A stretch of DNA of 64,000 nucleotides from Alphaproteobacteria bacterium (GCA_964291285.2 OZ219785.1:1056001-1120000), one strand, 5' to 3'. Shown: positions 41,150-50,006, numbered from the stretch's first letter. The notes: a model not told the origin generated them from the letters alone. Made by a program: numbers and translations.

Positions 41150-42367
41150 CTACCCCACCGCGGTCCGGGCGCCGGTCTCGAACTCGATCGCCGCCAGATC
41201 GTCGCCGGCGATGGCGCGCTCGAAGGCGGCGAGGCGCTTGTAGATCGACATCAGCTCCACGATCGTCGTCCAGCTGTTGACGAGGAACTGGAACGAGTTC
41301 TCCACCCGGCCGAAGGCGCGCACGATCTGCTGCATCACGCCGAGCGAGAACCCCGCCGAGATGATGGTCGGCCCGAGCGCCACATAGGGCAGCATCACGC
41401 CCGCCTGGAGATAGCCGTAGCGCACGATGTTGAAGTAGAGGTAGTTGAGGTAGAGGCGGAAATAGTTGCGCCGGACGTCGGCGAACAGCTCGCCGAGCGT
41501 CGGCGGCCCGGCCCGGTCCTCCCGGTCCTCGCCCATGACGAGCTCCTTGCGGAAGGCCGCCTCGACGCGCTGGTTTCGGAACTCCAGCCCCGGCAGCCGG
41601 TAGCCGGCAAGCGCCAGGATGCCGGTGCCGAACACCGACCAGAAGAGCGCGACCCAGACCAGCGCCTGGCCGACCTCGCCGAAGACCGGGATCTCCTTGA
41701 TGTGGGCCGACAGCGCCCAGAGGATCGGCAGGAAGGCGATCAGGGTCATCACCGCATCGATGAAGCGCACGCCGAGCGACTCCATGATGCCGGCAAAGCG
41801 CATGGCGTCTTCCTGCACCCGCTGCGAGGCGCCCTCGATATGCCGCACCTGCTCCCAGAGCCGGACATAGCGGTCGTTGATCGCGGTGCGCCAGCGGAAG
41901 ACGAAATGACTGGTGAAGAAGTGGTTGAGCACGGCGGTGGTGATGAACACCATGGCGATGGTGAGGAAGGTGGCGAGCTGCGCGTAATAGTCCCCGGCGG
42001 TGACCGCGCCCGGCTCCGCCAGCGCCTTCTGGATGATGTCGTAGAAGGTCCGGAACCACTCGTTGATCATCACGTCGAGCTGCACCTGGAACCAGGTGAC
42101 GAAGACGATCAGCGCCGAGCCCGCCACCGACCAGCGCGACCAGGGGTGCGGGCGGAACCACATCCAGAAGAGCGCGAAGGAGGCGTAGGCGAGGAAGGAA
42201 TAGACATAGACCCAGACGGTCCGCTCCGCCGCGCCGATCAGCCCGGACAAGCCCGTCGGGTCGCCCCAGTCCGAGGCGGCCACATACCAGAAGAGCAGCG
42301 CAACAAGCGCCCACGCCACCGCCGAGATGCCGAACGCGCGCGGGCTGGGGAAGAAGCAGCCGAACAT
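41150..42367 (-). CDS. sbmA: SbmA/BacA peptide transporter
   Basis: FFPSPRAF, FRWRTAIND, IEGASQRVQED, LEFRNQRVEAAFRKELV, SIYKRL. Confidence 0.93.
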   Translation of the reverse strand: MFGCFFPSPRAFGISAVAWALVALLFWYVAASDWGDPTGLSGLIGAAERTVWVYVYSFLAYASFALFWMWFRPHPWSRWSVAGSALIVFVTWFQVQLDVMINEWFRTFYDIIQKALAEPGAVTAGDYYAQLATFLTIAMVFITTAVLNHFFTSHFVFRWRTAINDRYVRLWEQVRHIEGASQRVQEDAMRFAGIMESLGVRFIDAVMTLIAFLPILWALSAHIKEIPVFGEVGQALVWVALFWSVFGTGILALAGYRLPGLEFRNQRVEAAFRKELVMGEDREDRAGPPTLGELFADVRRNYFRLYLNYLYFNIVRYGYLQAGVMLPYVALGPTIISAGFSLGVMQQIVRAFGRVENSFQFLVNSWTTIVELMSIYKRLAAFERAIAGDDLAAIEFETGARTAVG

Positions 42368-42709
42368 GGGGGATACCCTTTCGCCGGAATGGCCGCCCCC
42401 GGCGGGCGCGGGCGGCGCCCCGGTCCGGCGGCTGGAACGATGCCCGCGCGGCGCGCGGGCGTCCTCGGATGGTCCCGGCGGCTATAGCAAATTCGGCGGG
42501 CGGGCGGCCATGCCGGGGAAAGGCGGGCGGTCTCGGCCCCGGCGCCGCCCGTTGCCGGGAGCGGCCCGCCCCGGCGCATCGGCAACCCCTTGCCCGCATG
42601 GCGGCCGCGCAATAATGTCCGGATACGAAGGGGGGAACATATTGGAAAAGAAAATGGAGTTCCGGTCCGCCGCCGGGCGGGTCGTGCCCCTTTTCGGGAC
42701 CGGGCCTGC

Positions 42710-42961
42710 ATGAAGGCGCCGGCCGGGGGAGGAAACCGGGCGGCGGCGAAGGACTTCGCCAGCGACGCCATCGAGCGGAAGCTGGAGGAGGTGCAGGAGG
42801 GGCTGGCCTATTTCAACCAGCGTCACGACGCGGTTCTCCGGGAGCTCAAGCGTCTTGAGGCGACGGTCAACAAGGCTATCGAAACCGCTCGCATGGTCGC
42901 GATCGTGACGGTCATCGCCCTGCTCGCCTTCGTGTTCGCGCTCGCGCTGCCCGGAGGCTGA
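42710..42961 (+). CDS. Small coiled-coil protein with C-terminal TM helix
   Basis: Heptad pattern followed by hydrophobic tail. Confidence 0.6.
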   Translation: MKAPAGGGNRAAAKDFASDAIERKLEEVQEGLAYFNQRHDAVLRELKRLEATVNKAIETARMVAIVTVIALLAFVFALALPGG

Positions 42962-42987
42962 CCCGCCGGCCGCGGGCGGAGTGTGCG

Positions 42988-43200
42988 ATGTCAGAGATCA
43001 TCTTCGAGGTCAGCGAAGACGAACCGGACGGCGGCTATTCGGCAAGCGCGCCGGGTTTCGGCATCCACACCGGGGGCGAGACCCTGGACGAACTCCGCCG
43101 CAACGTCCGGGAAGCGGTGGACTGCTGCTTCGACGAAAGCATGGACGGGTCACGGTCGATATGGCTGCACTATGTGAAGGACGAGGTCCTTGTCGCGTGA
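42988..43200 (+). CDS. HicB-like antitoxin
   Basis: EIIFEVSEDEPDGGYSASA...IHTGGETLDELRRNVREAVDCCF. Confidence 0.8.
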   Translation: MSEIIFEVSEDEPDGGYSASAPGFGIHTGGETLDELRRNVREAVDCCFDESMDGSRSIWLHYVKDEVLVA

Positions 43201-43220
43201 GGCTCCCTCGGGACGTAATC
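43197..43220 (+). pseudogene. Truncated HicA-like toxin start
   Basis: GTGA overlap with the hicB stop, then MRLPRDV (typical HicA N-terminus); similarity stops after about 7 codons. Confidence 0.5.
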
Positions 43221-43281
43221 GGCGCCGTACCCGGCACCAGGGCATCGGCGTCCCGGAACTGCTCCGCAGGCTCGATCTGCG

Positions 43282-43599
43282 TTAGCCCGCCATCGCCGCT
43301 CCCCGCGCAGCCTCGACCCGGAGCGTGACCCGCAGGCGGTCGTCGAGCGCGGCCAGCATCTTCATCAGCCGGTCCAGCGTGAACCGCCCCAGGTCGGCGT
43401 TGCGGATGCGCGAGAAGTCCGCGGCGGCGAAGCCGGTCAGGGCGGCGGCCTTCCGGACCGACAGCCCGCGCTCGTCCAGCACCGCGACGATGCGGGCCGC
43501 GAGGATCGCCTTGGCCTGCTTCAGGTCCGCATCGGGGTCGCCAAGGTCGCGGAATACATTGCCGCTGCCCTCGACCAATTCGAAATCGCTCTCGCTCAC
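43282..43599 (-). CDS. XRE/HTH_37 (HigA-like) antitoxin, orphan
   Basis: GSGNVFRDLG..DA..KA.LA...ADFSRIRNADLGRFTLDRL; no upstream RelE/gp49-type toxin. Confidence 0.85.
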   Translation of the reverse strand: MSESDFELVEGSGNVFRDLGDPDADLKQAKAILAARIVAVLDERGLSVRKAAALTGFAAADFSRIRNADLGRFTLDRLMKMLAALDDRLRVTLRVEAARGAAMAG

Positions 43600-43804
43600 G
43601 GTCTCAATTCCCTTCCCACTAACCGCACTATGACCGGGGCCTCTACCAAAGGTTTTCATCTTTCGGACATCCAACACACCCAAATCACCCCCTACCTGCA
43701 AGAACCTTGCTCAACACAAAAGAAAGTCGAACACAATTCGTCCCGCTTGACAACCGGCTGGCGATCATCGTTATTATCTTGCCAGCTAAACGCTGAGGAA
43801 TCCA

Positions 43805-44632
43805 ATGTCCGAGAATGCGTACTCAGATCTCGCGAAATATTATGGCGCACTCGCTGAACAATTGGCCAGCGAAGCAAGGCAAGCTGACCTTCTTAGAAAT
43901 CCTACTGCGATTGGAACTGACCGAGAAGAGATTTACCGGCGATTTCTGGAGCGCCATGTTCCAAAATCGTGTGAAGTTTTTCGCGGTGGATATATATTTG
44001 ATTTAAGCGGAAATAGGTCCAAACAGATAGACGTCATCGTCACCTCTGGAACGACTCCCAGGTTTGAAATGGGCAGTGGGAACCAAGCGATTGCGCCACT
44101 AGAAGGCACGTTAGCGATTGCAGAAGTTAAATCGAACCTGAACAAGAAAACTTTATATGAAGCATTGGATAATTTTGCACATTTGCCTGTAAATTATAAC
44201 CCCGATCAGGCACTAAATCCGGCCTTAATACCGCCTCGTCATGAACGATTTTGGGATTTGCCCTTTAAGATCATATTCGCCACCAATGGTATTGAAAAAA
44301 CAACACTATATCAACACTTGCGTAACTTCTACGATGACAACCCATCTATCAGACAGGAACGAAAGCCAAGCATAATACATGTGCTTGGGAAATATATTTT
44401 CATGCGAATTACTCCAGATATAGGAACGACAGGACCGGACGGATTAACAATTGACATTCAACCACAATTAGGGGATTATCGGTGGTTTGATGCTTACTGC
44501 GATCTTTCTGCCATGCTGGTCATATTTTCCAAGATACAATCCAACGCATTTATTGCTCCGCACATGATCTGGAAATATGAAAATATGATTAATCCAATAA
44601 TCGAGGAAGCGCGAAAAATCGCAACCAACTAA
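43805..44632 (+). CDS. DUF6602-like protein, putative PD-(D/E)xK nuclease (low GC)
   Basis: GTDREEIYRRFL..HVP, GYIFD..G..SKQIDVIV, AIAEVKSNL; AT-rich. Confidence 0.7.
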   Translation: MSENAYSDLAKYYGALAEQLASEARQADLLRNPTAIGTDREEIYRRFLERHVPKSCEVFRGGYIFDLSGNRSKQIDVIVTSGTTPRFEMGSGNQAIAPLEGTLAIAEVKSNLNKKTLYEALDNFAHLPVNYNPDQALNPALIPPRHERFWDLPFKIIFATNGIEKTTLYQHLRNFYDDNPSIRQERKPSIIHVLGKYIFMRITPDIGTTGPDGLTIDIQPQLGDYRWFDAYCDLSAMLVIFSKIQSNAFIAPHMIWKYENMINPIIEEARKIATN

Positions 44633-44781
44633 GGATTGAACCGCAACTGGCGCTATCCGCCTGCGCCGCACGGTTATCGGCCATTGCGCGGCCCCCCTCG
44701 CACTATAGGGCGGCGGCAATCCGCTTGCATCGGGGCCCGCAGGATGTAGTTTCGCCGCCGCCCCCGCTGCGGAGCCCGCCC

Positions 44782-45045
44782 GTGACCGTCACCACCGTCA
44801 CCAGCCGCGAACTCGACCGGAACGCCGGCCGCGCGAAGCGGGCCGCGAAGGCCGGGCCGGTGTTCATCACCGACCGGGGCCGGCCCGCCTATGTGCTGCT
44901 CGGCATCGAGGACTACCGGCGGCTGGCCGGCGGGCGCCGCAGCCTGCTGGACATGCTGTCCATGCCGGGGCTGGCCGACATCGGTTTCGAGCCGCCGCGC
45001 GCCCGCATCGAAAGCCGCCCGCCGGCGCTATCGTGCGCGGAATGA
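44782..45045 (+). CDS. Phd/YefM family antitoxin
   Basis: TSRELDRNAGRAKRAAKAGPVFITDRGRPAYVLL. Confidence 0.9.
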   Translation: MTVTTVTSRELDRNAGRAKRAAKAGPVFITDRGRPAYVLLGIEDYRRLAGGRRSLLDMLSMPGLADIGFEPPRARIESRPPALSCAE

Positions 45046-45122
45046 CGGCCGTCACGCGGGACGTTGCCGGTTTCGAGGCGACCGGCGTCCGGCTCGTGAA
45101 TCCCTGGGCAGACAGGCGGTAG
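45033..45122 (+). pseudogene. C-terminal remnant of PIN/VapC toxin
   Basis: Alternative frame reads VRGMTAVTRDVAGFEATGVRLVNPW, a VapC-type C-terminus; the rest of the gene is missing. Confidence 0.75.
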
Positions 45123-45138
45123 AGAGGAGAACCCGGGC

Positions 45139-45297
45139 ATGGTCCGAAACGAGCGCACCGACCTGCGGCCCGGCGAAGCGGCGGAGCGGCGTATCGACGG
45201 GCGCGAAACCCTGGCGCTCGCCGGCGGGGACGCGGTGCGCTTCTTCGAGGCCCTCGCCGCACCGCCGCCGAACGACCGGCGCGTCGACTCCCGTTGA
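45139..45297 (+). pseudogene. Internally deleted DUF1778/TacA-like antitoxin
   Basis: AGGAG RBS; MVRNERTDLR joined to EAAERRIDGRETLAL...RFFEALAAPPPNDR; no GNAT toxin follows. Confidence 0.6.
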
Positions 45298-45325
45298 CCC
45301 GGACGGCGGCGCAAATGCGGCAGGC

Positions 45326-45352
45326 TTGTAATATTCTCTAATTGTTCTAATT
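45326..45352 (+). promoter_or_regulatory. Promoter with near-consensus LexA box
   Basis: TTGTAA (45326-45331) then ATTC-N7-GTTC (45333-45347), one mismatch from consensus. Confidence 0.55.
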
Positions 45353-45384
45353 GCCGCCCCATCGACATAAAGGGAGCGGCGGCC

Positions 45385-45795
45385 ATGCCGAAAGCGTTTT
45401 CCGTGGATTTGCGACTTCGGGTCCTTGCGGCGGTGGAGAACGGGCTGACCTGCCGCAGGGCGGCGGAGATGTTCGGCGTGAGCAGAGCGGCCATCCTGAA
45501 CTGGCGCGCGCTCGAAAGGAGACGGGGCGGCGTGCAGCCGAAGCCGATGGGCGGCGACACGCGCTCCTGGCGCATCGAGGCCGAGCGCGACACGATTTTC
45601 GCGCTGCTGGAGAGGAACCCGAAACTCACGGCCTCCGCGCTGCGCCGGGCGCTCGAGGCGCGGGGCCTCGTCTTCAGCTACCATGCGGTGCAGAACTTCG
45701 CGAAGCGCAACGGCATCGAACTGGCGCGGGGCCCGGGCGGCCGCCGGAAGACCGGCGCATGGCAGCCGCCGGCACCAGCTTCCCGGCAGTCCTGA
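45385..45795 (+). CDS. IS630 transposase-derived HTH protein (OrfA only, no DDE domain)
   Basis: MPKAFSVDLRLRVLAAVENGLTCRRAAEMFGVS...PKPMGGDTRSWRIEAERDTI; AAGGGAG RBS. Confidence 0.85.
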   Translation: MPKAFSVDLRLRVLAAVENGLTCRRAAEMFGVSRAAILNWRALERRRGGVQPKPMGGDTRSWRIEAERDTIFALLERNPKLTASALRRALEARGLVFSYHAVQNFAKRNGIELARGPGGRRKTGAWQPPAPASRQS

Positions 45796-45976
45796 TCCGG
45801 GAGGCTTTTCCCCATCGGGTGTGATGCCCGCCGCGCCAAACGCGGTGGGCAATCCTGCAGCCGGCGCGCGCACCTCTCCCGCATGGTCCCGCCCGCCGCG
45901 ACACCCGCTCCTCGTCCCGTGTGCGCCAAGGCGCCGCGCCTCAAGTCATAACCCGTTCCCGTTCGCCATGGGCCCG

Positions 45977-46005
45977 CATATAGCCCGGCCGCGGCCCGGT
46001 GTCAA
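45977..46005 (-). promoter_or_regulatory. Sigma70-like promoter with no obvious CDS
   Basis: TTGACA-N17-TATATG on the minus strand. Confidence 0.5.
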
Positions 46006-46070
46006 GCAGTTGCAGGAAATAAATCTTCATGGGGGAACCCCGCGGCCGCTCATTCCGAGTAGAGTCGCCA

Positions 46071-46281
46071 TCCTTCGATACGCCCGCCGGAGGCGGGCTA
46101 CTCAGGATGACGGGGGAGGAACCCGGCGCCGTTCGGGACGAGGGGGGAGGTGAAGGCCGTCCGCTCATGCATCCCCCTCCTCATCCCGGGCAGCGCCTGC
46201 GCCGCACCCCCAACCCTCATCCTGAGTAGCGACCGCGTCAGCGGGCGCGTATCGAAAGCCTGTCCTGAGCTTGTCGAAGGG
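46071..46281. repeat. Cluster of REP-like palindromic units
   Basis: CTTCGATACG...CTACTCAGGATGA, its inverse TCATCCTGAGTAG...CGTATCGAA, and CCTGAGCTTGTCGAAGGG. Confidence 0.7.
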
Positions 46282-46294
46282 GACCGCCCCGCCG

Positions 46295-46678
46295 CTACCC
46301 GCCCGCAAGCAGTTCCGGCGCGGGCGCGATCACGGCGAAGACGGCGCCGGCGGGGTCCTGCAGCACCGCGATGCGGCCGACCTGCGGCACGTCGAACGCC
46401 GCCTGGCACACCTTGCCGCCGGCCTCCGCCGCCGCGGCCGCCACCGCATCGGCGTCCTCCACCCGGACATAGGGCATCCAGTGCGGCGGAATCCCCGGCT
46501 CCGGCGGGGCCATCGCGCCGCCGACGGGCATCCCGCCCCGCTTGAATTCGGTGTAGTCGCCGCCCGGCATCTCTGCCGTGTGCGCCTCCCAGCCGAAAAG
46601 CCTGCCGTAGAAGGCCTTGGCCCCCTCCACGTCCGGCGTCATCAGCTCGTTCCAGAAAAACCTGCCTGCTTCGCTCAT
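46295..46678 (-). CDS. VOC/glyoxalase family domain (own RBS, in frame with epmA)
   Basis: FFWNELMTPDVEGAKAFYGRLFGW, WMPYVRVED, GRIAVLQDPAGA. Confidence 0.88.
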   Translation of the reverse strand: MSEAGRFFWNELMTPDVEGAKAFYGRLFGWEAHTAEMPGGDYTEFKRGGMPVGGAMAPPEPGIPPHWMPYVRVEDADAVAAAAAEAGGKVCQAAFDVPQVGRIAVLQDPAGAVFAVIAPAPELLAGG

Positions 46679-47722
46679 CCGTCCCTCTCCTTGTGCTTCC
46701 TCTTCGCGCGCCGCCGCAACGGGCGCCCAGAGCACGTCCTCGATACGGGCCGCGCCCACCGCCAGCATGGCCAGCCGGTCGAAGCCGAGCGCGATCCCGG
46801 CCGAGGACGGCATGCCGTGTTCGAGCGCGGAAAGGAAGTCCTCGTCGATGGGCAGATCGTCGCCGTGGAGCGCCCGCCTCTCGCGCGCGGCAGCCTCGAA
46901 GCGCCGGCGCTGCTCGGCGGCGTCGGTCAGCTCGCCGAAGGCGTTGGCGAGCTCCAGCCCGCCGACATAGATCTCGAAGCGCTCCGCCGTCCGCGGCTCG
47001 GCGGGATCGATGCGGGCGAGCGCCGCCATGCGTGCCGGCCATCCGTGCAGCACGGTCGGGCGCGCGAGGCCCAGATGCGGCTCTATGCGGTTGAGAAAGA
47101 GGCGGAAGAACAGGTCCTCCCAGCCGTCTTCGCCGCCGGGCTCCAGCCCCTCCGCCCGGCAGGCGGCGGCGAGCCGGGTCGTATCCGCCGCCAGCACGTC
47201 GAGGCCGAGCCGGTCCCGGAAAGCGGCCGCGACGGACAGCCGCTCGAAGGGCGCGGCGACCGGCACGCGCCGGCCGTTCCACCGGAGCTCCGGCCCCGCC
47301 AGCGCCAGCAGCGCCTCGCAGTCGGGGACGAGGTCGCGCCAGCCGGCGCCCGCGCGGTACCATTCCAGCAGGGTGAATTCGGGGTGGTGGGTCGCCGAGC
47401 GCTCGCCGTTGCGGAAGACGCGCGCGAACTGGAAGAGGCGCGGCTCGCCGGCGGCCAGCAGCTTCTTCATCGCGAATTCGGGCGAGGAGTGCAGGCGGAG
47501 CGCGCGGGACCGCCCGTCCGGCTCGTGCAACGCCGTCACGAAGGGCGCGACATGCACCTCCATGCCGGCGGCGACCTGGAGCGCGGGGGTCTCGACCTCG
47601 ACGAAGCCCTCGCCGTGAAACCAGTCGCGCATCCGCCTCAGCAGCGCCGCGCGCGCGAGCAGCGCCGGGCGGCGGGCGGCGTAGGCCCCGGGATCCCACC
47701 AGGGATTGTCCCGCGCGGTCAA
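46295..47722 (-). CDS. epmA: EF-P lysine aminoacylase EpmA/GenX, reading through into the VOC domain
   Basis: FVEVETPALQ, LHSSPEFAMKKLLAAGE, HHPEFTLLEWYR, ELANAFGEL, GIALGFDRL; no stop before the VOC domain. Confidence 0.9.
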   Translation of the reverse strand: MTARDNPWWDPGAYAARRPALLARAALLRRMRDWFHGEGFVEVETPALQVAAGMEVHVAPFVTALHEPDGRSRALRLHSSPEFAMKKLLAAGEPRLFQFARVFRNGERSATHHPEFTLLEWYRAGAGWRDLVPDCEALLALAGPELRWNGRRVPVAAPFERLSVAAAFRDRLGLDVLAADTTRLAAACRAEGLEPGGEDGWEDLFFRLFLNRIEPHLGLARPTVLHGWPARMAALARIDPAEPRTAERFEIYVGGLELANAFGELTDAAEQRRRFEAAARERRALHGDDLPIDEDFLSALEHGMPSSAGIALGFDRLAMLAVGAARIEDVLWAPVAAAREEEAQGEGRMSEAGRFFWNELMTPDVEGAKAFYGRLFGWEAHTAEMPGGDYTEFKRGGMPVGGAMAPPEPGIPPHWMPYVRVEDADAVAAAAAEAGGKVCQAAFDVPQVGRIAVLQDPAGAVFAVIAPAPELLAGG

Positions 47723-47821
47723 CGGCTTGCCCCCTGGCCGGCCGGGGCCGGTATGGACGGCGCCCGGCCGAGCGGGTAGCGTCCGGCGCGAACGACCATC
47801 CGAGGGAGCATCCGGGAGCCC

Positions 47822-49030
47822 ATGAACGATATCGCCATCAATGCCGAGAACCTCTGGCGGCTGGAAACGCCGGGCCACGAAGGCTGGACGCGGACCGCGC
47901 GCGCCGGCGACCCGAAGAAATACTACATGGTCTCGACCGACAGCCACGCCAACGAGCCGCCGGACCTCTGGGCCAAGCGCCTGCCGCAGGAATACCGCGA
48001 GCGCGCGCCCCGCGTCGTCACCGACGAGAACGGCGTGCAGTGGCGCTATTGCGAGGGCTACCGGCCGGACCGCATCCGCATCATGAGCTTCGAGGGCGAG
48101 GACTGGGTGCGCTCGCAGGCGGGCGCCGACCCCGAGGGGCGCATCCGCGACAATGAGAGCGACGGCATCGACGCCGAGATCATCTTCCCGAACAAGGGCC
48201 TCGCCATGTGGGCGACGCCCGACCCGGTGTTCGCCAACGCGCAGTGCAGGGTCTGGAATGACTGGGCCTGGGAGCAGTTCGGCGCCTGGCCGGAGAAGAT
48301 GGTGCCCGTGGCGGCCGTCGCGACCGGCGACCTCGACGGCACGCTCGCCGAGATCGAGCGCTGCGCAAAGCTCGGCTACAAGGCGCTCACGCTCCCCTGC
48401 AAGCCCATCTGGGGCGGGCACGACGTCGATCACGTCAACTACAACCTGCCGCACTTCGACCCGCTCTGGGCGCTGGTGGAAGAGACCGGGATGCCGGTCA
48501 CCTTCCATGTCAGCACCGGGCGCGACCCGCGCGCCTCGCGGGGCAATGGCGGGGCGGTCATAAACTATGTGACCCACTCGCTGTCGCCGACCATCGAGCC
48601 GGTGGCGAACCTCTGCGCTTCGGGCGTGCTGGAGCGCTTCCCGAAAATCCGCTTCGCCACCATCGAGGCCGGCATCGGCTGGGTGCCGTGGCTGCTCGAC
48701 GCGATGGACGAGGCCTACCGCAAGCACCATATGTGGGTGCGCCCGAAGCTGCAGGGCCTGCCGTCCGACTATTACCGCGCGCATGGCTACGCCACCTTCC
48801 AGGAAGACCCGGCGGGCCTGGCGCTCGCGAAGGACTGGGGCCTTTCCGGCAACTTCATGTGGGCGAACGATTATCCCCACCACGAGGGCACCTGGCCGCA
48901 TTCCGGCGAGGCCATCGAGCGCACCATGGGCGGGCTCGACGAGGGCGACCGGGCGAAAATCCTCGGCCTGAACGCGGCGAAGCTGTTCGGGCTGACGGTG
49001 CCGGAGCATATGCGGCCCGCCAGCGCGTGA
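47822..49030 (+). CDS. Amidohydrolase_2 family protein
   Basis: STDSHANEP, TFHVSTG, IEAGIGWVPW, MWANDYPHHEGTWP. Confidence 0.92.
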   Translation: MNDIAINAENLWRLETPGHEGWTRTARAGDPKKYYMVSTDSHANEPPDLWAKRLPQEYRERAPRVVTDENGVQWRYCEGYRPDRIRIMSFEGEDWVRSQAGADPEGRIRDNESDGIDAEIIFPNKGLAMWATPDPVFANAQCRVWNDWAWEQFGAWPEKMVPVAAVATGDLDGTLAEIERCAKLGYKALTLPCKPIWGGHDVDHVNYNLPHFDPLWALVEETGMPVTFHVSTGRDPRASRGNGGAVINYVTHSLSPTIEPVANLCASGVLERFPKIRFATIEAGIGWVPWLLDAMDEAYRKHHMWVRPKLQGLPSDYYRAHGYATFQEDPAGLALAKDWGLSGNFMWANDYPHHEGTWPHSGEAIERTMGGLDEGDRAKILGLNAAKLFGLTVPEHMRPASA

Positions 49031-49977
49031 CGGCGGTCATCCGCGTCCGGCCCGGCTGCGCGGGACCGGCCGCCGAAGAGGAGGCCGTCGGGCCGCCCGG
49101 CCCCGGCGAGGTGCAACTGCGCCAGACCGCCATGGGCCTCGACCGCTGCGGCCTGGAGCCGCCGGAGGCCGGCGCCGCTTTCGTCCCCGGCTTAGCGGCA
49201 GCCGGCACGGTCGAAGCGGTGGGCGCGGGCGTCGAAGGCGTCCGGCCCGGCGACCGGCTGGCCTATACCGACCTGCCGGGCGCCTGGCGCGCGGTCCGCA
49301 ACGTCCCGGCGGGCCGGCTGGTCCCGGTCCCGGACGACATCGACGACGCGACCGCCGCGGCCGTCATCCGCCGGGGCCTCGCCGTCCACTACCTGCTGCG
49401 CCGGCTGCGCCGCGTGCAGCCCGGCGAGACCGTGCTGGCGGTGGGCGCGGCCGGCGGCGTCGGGCGGCTGCTCTGCCAGTGGGCGGCGGCCGTCGGCGCG
49501 GAGGTCATCGGCGCCGTCGGCAGTAGGGAGAAGGCCGGGATCGCACGGGCGAACGGGTGCAGCCATACGGTGCTGCACAGCCCGGAAGACCTTGCCCCGC
49601 AGATCCTCGGGATCACCGGGGGCCGGGGCGTGGATGCCGCCTATGACGCGGTGGGCGGCGGGACCTTCGCCCGCTGCCTCGACTGTCTGGCGCCCGCGGG
49701 CATGGCTGTCGGCTTCGGCGATGTCGCCGGGCCGCCTTTGCCCCTGGCCCTCCAGCGGCTGGAGGCGCACTCCCTCGTCGTAGCGCGGCCGACGCTTGCG
49801 GCCTGGATCGCCGATGGCGGCGACCTGCTGGCGGCCTCGGAGGAGCTGTTCGAGCTGGTCGGCGCCGGCAGGCTCAAGCCCGGCCCGGTGCGCCGCTTCC
49901 CGCTCGCCGAAGCCGGCGAGGCCATCCGCACCCTCCATGACCGGCGCAATGCCGACTATCTGGCGCTGACGGCGTGA
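49027..49977 (+). CDS. Quinone oxidoreductase (MDR family), divergent
   Basis: PGPGEV, GAAGGVG, GRGVDAAYDAVG. Confidence 0.82.
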   Translation: MTAVIRVRPGCAGPAAEEEAVGPPGPGEVQLRQTAMGLDRCGLEPPEAGAAFVPGLAAAGTVEAVGAGVEGVRPGDRLAYTDLPGAWRAVRNVPAGRLVPVPDDIDDATAAAVIRRGLAVHYLLRRLRRVQPGETVLAVGAAGGVGRLLCQWAAAVGAEVIGAVGSREKAGIARANGCSHTVLHSPEDLAPQILGITGGRGVDAAYDAVGGGTFARCLDCLAPAGMAVGFGDVAGPPLPLALQRLEAHSLVVARPTLAAWIADGGDLLAASEELFELVGAGRLKPGPVRRFPLAEAGEAIRTLHDRRNADYLALTA

Positions 49978-50006
49978 TGCCCGCCGAACAATACCGGAGA
50001 AACCCC

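Noticed and set aside
42635-42650. Possible LexA box GAAC-N7-AAAA (similar one near 25149)
   Set aside because: Two mismatches in one half-site make it indistinguishable from AT-rich promoter background.
44635-44682. attC-like hairpin after the DUF6602-like gene (AACCG...CGGTT)
   Set aside because: It is too short, the R boxes match RYYYAAC/GTTRRRY poorly, and there is no integrase or second site.
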